This document shows positions 35,612 to 46,996 of a DNA stretch of 64,000 nucleotides, piece after piece; positions within the stretch are counted from its first letter, which is position 1; each line of letters begins with the position of its first letter. The position numbers and the translations under genes were made by a program. The notes beneath the pieces were generated by a model. It saw nothing but the letters and a program-made list of their open reading frames with translations. It searched no databases and was not told the DNA's origin. Origin of the DNA: Azolla caroliniana (lineage: Eukaryota > Plantae > Polypodiophyta); NCBI GenBank assembly GCA_043228905.1, contig JBHGNT010000002.1, positions 14,756,001 through 14,820,000 on the forward strand, written 5' to 3'.

Positions 35612-38045
35612 TGTAGAAAGTAGCGTGCGGAAGCAACTATGAAGACAGAACAGAGGAATGAAACTCAGGTTCATTGGAGAGCTTGGGCTTACACGGTATA
35701 CGCGGGAGAGACAGAGAGAGAAACACAAAAAACTATATTCAACAATATTACACAATCTTTGTACATAAGACGTGCTCAGTGAGCACTTTTTATACAAGTC
35801 CTAAAAGGACTGACCGAAGTACTGACAGTACTTCAATGCTCATCAAGAGCCCCTACACTAACTCCCAAATATATTCCTCACGGAATATCTTTCCTAACGA
35901 CCTCCCGGTTTACGCACTCGGCCTAACCGATCGGTCCCAGCCGATCCGGTCCTCGGCTTCTTGAGCCGATCTGGCCAATGTTGAGCTTGTCTCTCAACAC
36001 TCCCCCTCAAGCTCAACTTGAGGCTCTTCGGGATCTTCACAGCACCGGTTCCTCCTTGCTTCTCGCCTCGCTCGCGCTCCTCGACCTGTTCGACTCCGCG
36101 CGCTTCGACCCTTCCGGTCGGCTTGTCTGCTCATGTGGCCCTCATCAGCTCTTCTGTTGTTGCGGTGTTGACGCTTCTTCTGCTGCCTTTTCTTCCGCTT
36201 GGGCCTCGGTTGATTCAGCGTGTCTGAATCAAACATCCGACCGACTCGGCTTCCTCCGATCGGTCTTCGCTCTCATCCGAGTTGGTTGTCTCCAACTCGT
36301 CTTCGGTCTACTCGCCCTCGATGGCGTCATCTCCCCCATGCGTGGTTGACTTCGGCTCTCTCCTTCGGTTGCTCCCCTTCTATCCACTTCCGAACTTTTC
36401 CGCGGGTCCGCCCTCGGCTTCTTCAGCTGATCCGATGTTGAACTTGTCAACCGATTCGGTGTCGCGGTGTCCGCTCCTTTTCGGCTACCTTGCTTGGTCG
36501 TTTGGGACTGTTCTCCCCCTCAAGTTCAGCACGTCAAGGTGACGCAATCCGAGCACACCTGAGAACTGCCGCAACTTGTCCAGACCAAGAGGCTTGGTGA
36601 AGATGTCGGCAGCCTGCCGATCCGTTGGAACGTACTGAAGTTTGACTTCACCGGAAAGGACACGCTCACGGACGAAATGGTAGTGCACCTCAATGTGCTT
36701 GGTCCATGTGTGGAAAACGGGGTTTTTCGCGAGCTGGATGCTGCTGAGGTTGTCGCAGTAGATCGTCGTCGAATCTGACACCTCCTCTTGCAGGTCCTTA
36801 AGTAGCCGCTTCAACCATATGGCTTCGCATGTCGCGACAGCCGCTCCTCGGTACTCAGCTTCGGTGCTCGACAGAACAACTGTCGGCTGCTTCTTACTGC
36901 TCCACGCGATCGCGGCACTCCCGAGGGAGAACTCGTATCCGAACGTGGATCGGCGATCGGCGGCGTTGCCAGCCCAATCAGCATCGGTGTAGCCGACTAA
37001 CCGCGTGGCTACACCGGTCTGATATAGCAGTCCCCGGTCCTTAGTGTCGTTGACATACCGAAGTATGTGTTGCGCACACTGAAGGTGCTCCTCGGTAGGT
37101 CGTGCCATGAACTGACTGATCACCCCGACCTGATAATTGAGGTCGGGTTGGGTGATGGTCAAGTATATTAGGCTTCCGACAATTTGTCGGAATCTCGTCG
37201 GGTCGCATACCTTTCCCGTATTAGGACGAAGCTTGATGGTTCTGTCAAGAGGAGTCGAGACGGTCTTATAGTCGGCCATCCAGAATTTGAAGAGCATATT
37301 CAGCACGTAGTGACGTTGGCTGATCAATATGCCTTCGAGGGTACGGATCACTTCGATCCCGAGGAAGTAATGAAGGCCCCCCAGATCCTTCATGTCGAAC
37401 GATGCCGCAAGCTGGAGCTTCACGCGGTCGATTTCACCTAGGTCGGCGCCGGTGATGCCCAAGTCATCAACATACAGTAAAATACTAACTGGTCTGAGTC
37501 GAACTTTCCAGATGAACAGGGAAGAGTCCGATTTTGACGTGACGAAGCCCATTTGATGCAGTTGTTGCGTCATCTTCGCGTTCCAGGCACGCGGGGCTTG
37601 CTTCAGTCTGTAAAGGGACTTCTTCAGTCGGCATACTGCCGAGAAATTTGTTCCAGAGTGAAATCCGGGGGGTTGTACCATGTACACTTGTTCCTCAAGT
37701 TCACCTTGCAGGAACGCATTCTTTACATCCATCTGATGTAAGTGCCACCCCTTCGCCGCAGCTACTGCGAGCAAAACATGGAGGGTCGTCATTTTTGCGA
37801 CTGGCGCAAACGCCTCATCGTAGTCGATGCCGTGTTTCTGCGCGTAGCCCTTTGCCACTAGCCGAGCCTTGTACCGGTTGACCGAGCCATCGGTGTTGTA
37901 CTTGACTTTCTACACCCATCTACACCTGATCGGTTTTACCCCCTTCGGTGCGTCAACCAGGTCCCTATTGGGAGACAAGTCCCTCCCGATGGGAAGGGAG
38001 AAGAACAGTGCCGACGAACAAACTCGGCCGAGGTATGAACCGGAT

Positions 38046-38315
38046 GAGGAGTACCCGGCTACGGAGAGCCGGATGATACAGGCCCGGTATGAACAGGATG
38101 AGGAGTACCCGGCTATGGAGAGCCGGATGGTGCCGGGCCGGTATGAACCGGATGAGGAGTACCCGGCTACGGAGAGCCGGATGGTGCAGGCCCGGTATAA
38201 ACCGGATGAGGGGTACCCGGCTACGGAGAGCCGGATGGTGCAGGCCCGGTATGAACCGGATGAGGAGTACCCAGCTACGGAGAGCCGGATGATGCAGACC
38301 CAGTATGAACCGAAG
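38046..38315 (+). repeat. 54-bp tandem repeat in U3 of family-1 type-2 LTRs (5 copies here, 4 at 42961-43176, 5 at 57876-58145 and 62755-63024)
   Basis: Unit GAGGAGTACCCGGCTACGGAGAGCCGGATGGTGCAGGCCCGGTATGAACCGGAT. Confidence 0.92.
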
Positions 38316-38474
38316 GAAGAGACATATTCGTAAATATGTTTCTGAGAGCCCATTGTGGCTACATTTGTAAATAGCCGAAAAGTCATATTAGTATAAATAT
38401 GAATTAGGGCAAACTAATGTGTGTGGTTTTCATTCTTTCTTGTTGGTGCAAGAAGAAGAGAGAGCACGTAACTG

Positions 38475-38511
<37 letters not shown>

Positions 38512-38828
38512 TGGTCGTTGCGCCTGTTGTAACCGCCGCCTGTGGCGAAGATCGTGAGTCCGAGGTCGTTGCCTCCGTGTACTCACTATGTTGTACATTC
38601 ATACATAGTGACAGTTTGCAGCCTGTGGGCTGCCGTGGTTTTTCCCCTAGTTTGGGGTTTTCCACGTTAACCTCCTGTGTAGTGTGTGTGTATCTTCCTC
38701 TCCTTTGTATCGTGTTTTTTTGTTTCCTGTTTTTCTGTGTGTCATTCTACGCTCGGTTGTGGCCGAGCGTCGCGCATAAGGAACGTTTGGTTCCCGTCAA
38801 GTGGTATCAGAACGAATCAACACAGGAA

Positions 38829-41800
38829 ATGGACGAATCATTTGGCGGCATGTTCAAGCTAACCGGTATGGAAGTCGAAGATGAGGGACATGCTCGTGGT
38901 TAAAGACCTCTGGCTGCCGGTTCAGTTCGGGGGCAAGAGACCGGACAAAATCTACGCCACGATATGGGAGGTGATGCACATGAAGACAACGGCGTACATA
39001 CAGTGCTTCATCGACATGAGCCTGTACAACAACTTCAATGAAGAGAGCAAGGCTCATGAGCTCTGGGAGAAGATCGGCATAATGTTCCAAAACAAAAATG
39101 CTGTCAATCAGGTGTCGGTATTCCGGAAGCTAGTAAAACTCCGTTACCAAGATGGCTCCAGCATGGCGGAGCACATGAATGCCTTCCAGGGGTTGATACA
39201 CCAAGCAACGTCACCGGAAGTACCTCTAGCCGATGAGGTACTAGCGCTACTCCTGCTCGGTTCCCTCCCGGATAGGTAGGAGACGTTGGTTGTCACTTTG
39301 GGCAACGCCGGGCCGGAAGGAAAACGGTTATCCCTAGCAAGAGTAAAGTCGAGCTTGCTAGATGAGGAGGCGCGTAGGAAAGACAAAGATACGAGCTCCG
39401 ACTCCAAAGCACTCCTTACCGAATCGGAACGCGAAAGACATAGAAACCGTAGTCCCCAGAACCGGGAGAAGTCGAGGACACGGTCAAAGTCAAGGGGGAG
39501 GCCTGCTTCTATTGCGGCAAGCCGGGACACTTCCAAAAGAACTGTCGGCATTTCCGTAAAGACAAGGAAACCGACGGTACTGATTCGAGCAAACCCAGAA
39601 CCGGAGTGGTACAGACCGGAACGGTAAAGAACGGAGGGGGCCGGATCGGAAGGGAATGACGGCAATCGCGGCAAGCGAAGAAGAGTTGATGCTCATCACC
39701 GAGGAGAGTGAAATAAACCTTGCCGGCGACGAGATGACCTGGGTGGTAGACTCCGGAGCATCGTTCCACCTTACTCCAGACCGGAAATGCTTCTCATCCT
39801 ACTCAGCCGGTACCCACGGCTGTGTCCGGATGGGGAATGAAGGTACATGCCGAATTATCGGCATAGGAGACGTGTGGCTGTCAACACCAACCGGATGCAA
39901 ATTGCAGCTGAAGGATGTTCGACACATTCCGGAGGTTCAACTGAACCTGATATCAGCCGGTCGGCTAGATGATGAAGGCTACACGGGTAGCATACGGAAC
40001 GGTGTCATGAAGTTCAGCAAAGGGAGCCTGATTGTGGCTCGGGCCCGGAAGGTCAACACGTTGTACCTGATGAATGCTCGGTTATGCCCGGAAGAAGTGA
40101 ACGTGGCATCCGACACTGCCGGTGAGCTGTGGCACAAGAGGCTGTGTCATATGAGCGAGAAGGGGATGAAGAGGCTTGCAGAAGACAACCTTATTCCAGT
40201 GAAGAACGTGCACTTAGAGAAGTGCACTGATTGTCTGGCCGGTAAGCAGAACCGGACCTCCTTCCGACCAAGGCCACCGATGAGACGTAATGCACCACTG
40301 GAGTTGGTGCATACGGATGTGTGTCAAGTAGACACGAAGTCACATGCCGGAGCGCAGTACTTTGTGACGTTCATAGATGACCACAGCGGGAAGCTGTGGG
40401 CCACACCACTGAAGACGAAGGATCAGGTGCTATCCGTCTTCAAAGAGCTCCACGCGAGATTGGAAAGAGAAACCGACCGGAAGCTGAAGGCGGTTCGAGC
40501 AGATAATGGAGGAGAGTACCAGGTGCAGTTCGAGGAGTATTGCCGCTAGAAGGGAATCCGGCTCGAATTTACCGTGCCGAAGACGCCGGAACTAAATGGA
40601 CTGGCCGAGAGGATGAACCGGACCATAATGGAGAGGGTCCGGAGTATGCTAGCGCATGCAAAACTACCCAAGAAGTTTTGGGCTGAGGCACTGTCGACGG
40701 CGACATATGTGATAAACAGATCACCCTCAGTACCCTTGGACGGAGACACGCCACACAGAGTATGGACCGGTAAGGAAGTGTCCTACCGGCATCTGAGGGT
40801 CTTCGGGTGTCTTGCGTACGTGCATTTAGCAAAGGACCGGAGAGGAAAGTTAGATCCAAAGACCCGGCCATGCATATTCCTCGGTTACGGTGACGATGAG
40901 TTCGGCTACCGAGTGTGGGACCCGGTCGACAAGAAGGTATTCCGGAGTCGAGATATTATCTTCATGGAGGGCAAGACGCTCACCGACTGGGAGTCGGAGA
41001 AGAAGATAATGAACTCCGAGTCGACCGGTACGGACCGACTCTACGATGAGCAGACCCAACTGGCAAGAGACCGGTTAGCACTCGAGGAACCAGCCGGTTA
41101 CAGTGAGGATACCGAACCGGCAGAAGAAGAGGAAGAGGAAGCTGAGACCGGAACCGGCCAAGACCCCGAATCGGATTCGGATGAAGAGCAAATGGAGCAG
41201 CCGGTTACCGAAGCCCGAAGACGAAGATATCCTCTCAGAGAGAGAAGGGCCCCCCGGAGATTTCCGGATGCAGAGCATGTTCTGCTGACCGATGAGGGGG
41301 AGCTGGAAAGCTTCGAAGAAGTGAAGGAAGACACCCATAGCCGAAAATGGTTAAGTGCCATGCAGGACGAGATGGATTCCCTGCATGAGAACCATACATA
41401 TGGATTGGTGGAGTTGTCGAAAGGAAAGCGGGCACTCCGAAACAAGTGGGTGTACAAGTTGAAACCGGGAGATGCCGGCAACCCCCCAAGATACGAAGCC
41501 AGGATCGTGGTGAAGGGGTTCCAGCAGAAGAAGGGCGTGGACTTCGACGAGATATTTGCCCCAGTAGTAAAGATGACCTCCATCCGGATGGTGCTGAGTA
41601 TAGCAGCAAGCATGGACCTTGAGGTAGAGCAGCTGGACGTGAAGACGACATTCCTTCACGGCGACCTCGAAGAGGAGATCTACATGCAGCAACCGGAAGG
41701 ATTTGTGGAGAAAGGGAAGGAGCACTTGGTATGCGGGTTGAAGAAGAGCCTGTACGGACTGAAGCAGGCTCCCCGGCAATGGTACCAGAAGTTCAACTCC

Positions 41801-42871
41801 TTCATGACCGATCAAGGGTACCACAAGACGCAGGCTGATCACTGCGTGTTTGTGAAGAAGTTCGAAGGAGGGGACTTCCTGATACTCCTCCTATACGTGG
41901 ATGACATGTTGATCGTCGGACGGGACCAAGTCAAAATACGGATGCTGAAGAAGGCTCTCAACCGGACCTTCTCAATGAAAGACTTGGGTCCGGCAAGACA
42001 GATGCTGGGGATGCACATAATTCGGGACCGGTCAGCGAAGCAATTATGGTTGTCACAGGAAAAGTACGTGACAAAGGTGCTTCACCGGTTCAACATGTCA
42101 GAAGCGAAACCGGTCGGATCGACACTTCCGGCAAACTGCAGGCTATCCGGTAAGCAAAGCCTGAAGACGAAAGCAGAGAAGGCGGATATGATGAAGATCA
42201 CATATGCCTCCGCCGTCGGGAGCTTGATGTACGCAATAGTTTGTACTCGACCGGACATTGGATACGCAGTCGGAGTGGTGAGCCGGTTGATGAGCAATCC
42301 CGGCAAGGAGCACTGGAACGCGGTCAAGTGGATACTCCGGTATTTGAAGGGTACTTCAAATATGTGTCTCCGATTCGGCTCCGGAAAACCTCAACTGGAC
42401 GGTTTCACCGATTCAGACATGTCGGCTGATGTCGATACCAGCCGGTCTACATCCGGGTATGTGATGACATATGCAGGGGGAGCTGTTTCGTGGCAGTCGA
42501 GGCTGCAGAAGACGGTTGCATTGTCAACGACAGAGGCGGAGTACATGGCAGCTGTGGAAGCCGGCAAGGAAATATTATGGATGAAGGACTTCATCGGAGA
42601 GCTCGGTATACGGCAAGAGGAATACCAACTCTATTGCGACAGTCAAAGTGCCATCCACCTTGCTAAAAAAGCGGCCTACCATTCCCGGTCGAAGCATATC
42701 CAGCGGAGGTATCACTGGATCCAAGAAAGAGTAGATGACCAGGAGTTCACACTGACAAAGATCCACACGGCCGAGAACGGGTCAGATATGCTGACCAAAG
42801 TGCTGACACCCGACAAGTTGAGTGCATGCCGGAAGAGAATCGGACTGGTAAGACACCCCATGCCGGAGTGA
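38829..42871 (+). pseudogene. gag-pol of F with frameshifts and stops
   Basis: MDESFGGMFKL start; ORFs 38881-39279, 39656-40549 and 40574-42871. Confidence 0.92.
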
Positions 42872-45800
42872 AGGGGGAGTTTGTTGGGAGACAGGTCCCT
42901 ACGGATGGAAGGGAGAAGAATAGTGCCGACGAACAAACTCGGCCGAGGCCGAAACGGTATGAGGAGTACCCGGCTACGGAGAGCCGGATGATACAGGCCC
43001 GGTATGAACCGGATGAGGAGTACCCGGCTACGGAGAGCCGGATGGTGCAGGCCCGGTATGAACCGGATGAGGAGTACCTGGCTACGGAGAGCCGGATGAT
43101 GCAGGCCCGGTATGAACCGGATGAGGAGTACCTGGCTACGTAGAGCCGGATGGTGCAGACCCGGTATGAACCGGAGGAAGAGACATATTCGTAAATATGT
43201 TTCTGAGAGCCCATTGTGGCTATATTTGTAAATAGCCGAAAAGTCATATTAGTATAAATATGACTTAGGGCAAAACTAATTGTGGGGTTTTTTTTTTATT
43301 CTTTCTTGTTGGTGCAAGAAGAAGAGAGAAGGCGTAACTGTACAGAGAGAGAGAGAGTGAGAACGAGGTCGTTGCCTTTGTTGTAACCGCCTCCGAGGTC
43401 GTTGCCTCCGTGTAATCACTGTGTTGTAACCTCATGTGTAGTGTGTGTGTATCTTCCTCTCCTTTGTATCGTGTTTTTCTATTTCCCGTTTTTTTGTGTG
43501 TCATTCTACGCTTGGTTGTGGCCGAGCATCGCGCATAAGGAACGTTTGGTTCCCCTCAGTCCCAGGTCTCATTCTCCGCCAATGCATGCATCTCATCCTC
43601 CATCGCGGCGCGCCAATTCGCGTCTTTAGCCGCTTCTGCGTAGCTCTCCGGCTCACGCACTTCCGCTACACGGGTCATGTACGCATAATGATGCGCCATG
43701 TACTCGTTGTATCCGAACCGCACAACTGGGTTCTTCTGGCGGGTAGATCGGCGTAATCTCACATTAGCCGATGTCGAGGCCTTCTCGGTTGACGCGGTCT
43801 TCACCTTTAAAGACCTGTCACCGGTTCCCTCGGAGTCGGACTCGCGTCGGTCTGACTCGTTCCTTTCCGTGCCGGAATCTGACACTTTCTTCTTCCCTTT
43901 CTCTTTGCGCGTAAGCCGTCTCCTCGGCTTCCTGCGCGGGGAATGCACGGCCGAGTCTCCACTACTTGCCGGCTCTTCATGGGACTGGTCGTACCGACTC
44001 AGTCGTCCAATCTATCCACTTAACTGGAGTGAAATCGGACTCTCTTCGCGGGTCTCAATTTCGGGCTCATTCGGAGGCATCTTGGCTTCACTGACCTCAT
44101 CGTCAAAGCTCGTATTGGAGTCGGGGTTCTGAGTCGAGGGCAGGTACCAGGACGCGGACTCGTCAAACACAACGTCGCGGCTGACACGCGCTTATTTGGT
44201 GCGAGGGTTATAGCACTTATAACCCTTCTGCTCGTCCGAGTAACCGACCAAGATGCACTTCTCGGCCTTTGCGTCCAGCTTCCTCCTTTTCTCCTTCGGT
44301 ACATGCACATACGCAATGCTACCGAACACCCTCAAGTGTCGCAAGTTCGGCTTCGTTGCGAAATATAGCTCATGCGCCGACACTTTGTCTCCGATCCAGT
44401 TCTGTATGTATACCGCAGTCCTTACCGCCTCGGCCCAGTAGAACTTGGGCAAGCTCTTCTCCTCCAGCATTGCCCGTGCCGCTTCCACAATCGACCGATT
44501 CTTTCTCTTGGCCACGCCGTTCTGCTCCGGCGTGTATCTACAACTGAATTCGCGCCGAATTCCCATTTGTTGTAGGTAACCGTTGAATTGACCGAAAAAG
44601 TACTCTTTCCCGCCATCCGAACGTAGACACTTGATCTCTCGTCCCGTTTCGGCTTCCATGAACCCTTTGAGGTCCCGAAAACAGTCGAAGACTTTGCTCT
44701 TCCTCTCAATGAGGTACATCCATGTGTGCCGCGTGTGGTCGTCGATGAAGGAGACGAAATATCACCTCCCGCCAAGACTAACGTTTTGTGCCGGCCCCCA
44801 CACATCGGAGTGTTTAAGGTCGAGCTTGTTTCGGCTCCGGTTTCGCTCGTTGGGGAAAGGAAGTCGGTGTTGCTTGCCGAGCTGACACGCTTCACAAATT
44901 TGTGCCTTTCGGCCACTAAACTTGGGCAATCCGAACACTACCTGTTTCGATTGCAGATCTTGAAGCCGCTGGTGGTTGACGTGGCCTATCCGCTTGTGCC
45001 ACAAGTCGATGTCTGACTCGGCTTTTTGTCCCTTTGCGAACATTGTGGTGCCGCCGTCAGTGGAGTCAAGGATGAACATCCTCCCGTCTCTGCGCCCTTG
45101 CGCAATCACATGACCTTCTTCCTCAATGAAGCACCCGAGGTGTGTAAACCGAACCTCCATCCCTTGGTCGACGATCTGTCCGACCGAGAGCAAGTTCTTC
45201 GTGATTGTCGGAACGTGCAGCACGTTCTTGAGTTTCCCTTTCTGCCCGACATGGCTAAGGGGAACTTCTCCGACATTCGCGATCGGATGTGGAGTGTCAT
45301 CTCCTGTTGCGACTACTCCAGGTTGTATCGGTTTTTCAAGGTATGAGAACCACTTCTTATGGCTCCTCATGTGGTTTGACGCGCCGGAGTCTATTTACCA
45401 CACCTCGTCCGATCTCGGGGTGCTCTGTTTCATTGAGTTTGCTTCGTGTCTCGTCATGAAGACGGACCCTTCTCCGGCTCTCCCGGAGTCTTCAGCGTAG
45501 TGCGATCGCTGCCGATTTCCCTTGTCGGTATGTCTGGAGCCGTTCCCGGAACTAGTTCTCTCCGAATCGGCGCGCTTCTTCCAGCAATCACTTTCCCTAT
45601 GGCTTTGTTACCATAGTACCAGCACTCCGCGATGGACTTCCCTTGCCGGTTCTCATCGCTTCGACTCCCCCTGTTTCTGGAGGGTCCGGAGTTGCTGTCG
45701 GCATCACTTCGGTGCCTTCTTTCTTGATCTCGTCGGCCGCCTCCATTGCGTGCCGACTCGCCTCGTCCTCCACGACCACAGGGCCTTTCTTCCTCCGTGT

Positions 45801-46874
45801 ACAACATTCTGCTGTCGGTGTGCGTGCTTGTAGACGCACCCGCGTGGTTCTCCTCTACCAGGAGCATCGACTGTAAGTTGAAAAAGGACGGTGTATTCTC
45901 CCGGGTACACACAGCCGTTCGGAATGCTCCGAACTTCGACGCCAAACCTCCGAGACAGATCTGGACCATCTCGCTTTCCTCGATGTTCACCTCTATGGAG
46001 GCGAGGGAGTCACAGATATCCTTGATCTTCGAGCTATATTCTGCTACCGACAAGTCGCGTTGTCGTAGGTTGCTCAACTCCTGTCGGAGCTGAAGCTTCC
46101 TGGCTGTGGTGCTCACGGCGAAAATCTTCTTCAGATTTTCCCACGCACCCTTCGGCGTCTTTGCATCCCGAACATAGCTCAATAGCTGTTCGCCCACACA
46201 CAACGCGAAGCAGTATAGTACCCTGCTCGCCGATTGCTCCCACGACGGGAAGTCTCTGTGTGTCGATTCGGGTGCCGCGTCACTAGCTCCTTCGACATAA
46301 CTCCAGTAGCCGTGCCCGAGCAGGTACTGGTGCATGTTGTAGGACCAAGACGCGTAGTTGGTTCTGTCGAGCTTCTCTGTTGGAAGCGAGCTCGCCATGC
46401 CTCTATCCATCATTCTTCTCGTTCTTCTTCGTCAAGCTGTGTCGGCTGTAGAGAGGTTCTCAACCCTCGCGCTCTGATACCATGTAGAAAGTAGCGTGCG
46501 GAAGCAAGTATGAAGACAGAACAGAGGAAGGAAACTCAGGTTCAATGGAGAGCTTGGGCTTACACGGTATACGCGGGAGAGACAGAGAGAGAAACACAAA
46601 AAACTATATTCAACAATAATACACAATCTCTATACATAAGACGTGCTTAGTGAGCACTTTTATACAAGTCCTAAAAGGACTGACCGAAGTACTGACAGTA
46701 CTTCAATGCTCATCAAGAGCCCCTACACTAACTCCCAAATATATTCCTCACGGAATATCTTTCCTAACGACCTCCCGGTTTACGCACTCGGCCTAACCGA
46801 TCGGTCCCAGCCGATCCGGTCCTCGGCTTCTTCAGCCGATCTGGCCGATGTTGAGCTTGTCTCTCAACAGTTAT

Positions 46875-46996
46875 GAAGTTCAACAAGGGAAGCTTGATAG
46901 TGGCTCGAGCCCGGAAGGTCAACATACTGTACTTGATGAGTGCCCGGATATGCCAGGAAGAAATGAACGTAACATCCGACACTGCCTGTGAGTTGT
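46875..46996 (+). pseudogene. Copia D segment 3
   Basis: KFNKGSLIVARARKVNILYLMSARICQEEMNVTSDTACEL continues from 35611. Confidence 0.85.

Larger units (their letters stand above)
37966..43558 (+). mobile_element. Copia family 1, copy F (gag type 2), full length
   Basis: TSD GTCCC (37961-37965 / 43559-43563); LTRs 37966-38799 and 42882-43558; PBS 38802-38813; PPT 42871-42879. Confidence 0.95.
35994..46413 (-). pseudogene. gag-pol of copia E (frameshifted; split by F at 37966-43558)
   Basis: ORFs 45454-46413 gag, 44762-45370, 44192-44719 INT, 36485-37858 RT-RH, 35994-36236 C-terminal extension. Confidence 0.88.
35612..46869 (-). mobile_element. Copia family 2, copy E, full length, hosting F
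   Basis: LTRs 35612-35999 and 46483-46869; perfect TSD GTTAT (35607-35611 / 46870-46874); PBS 46471-46482; PPT 36000-36008. Confidence 0.95.

Noticed and set aside
37869-38333. Repeat protein (EEYPATESRMVQARYEPD)n and a possible CRISPR-like array
   Set aside because: It is the 54-bp U3 minisatellite. There are no unique spacers, the frame is open because 54 is divisible by 3, and it is interrupted by stops in H.
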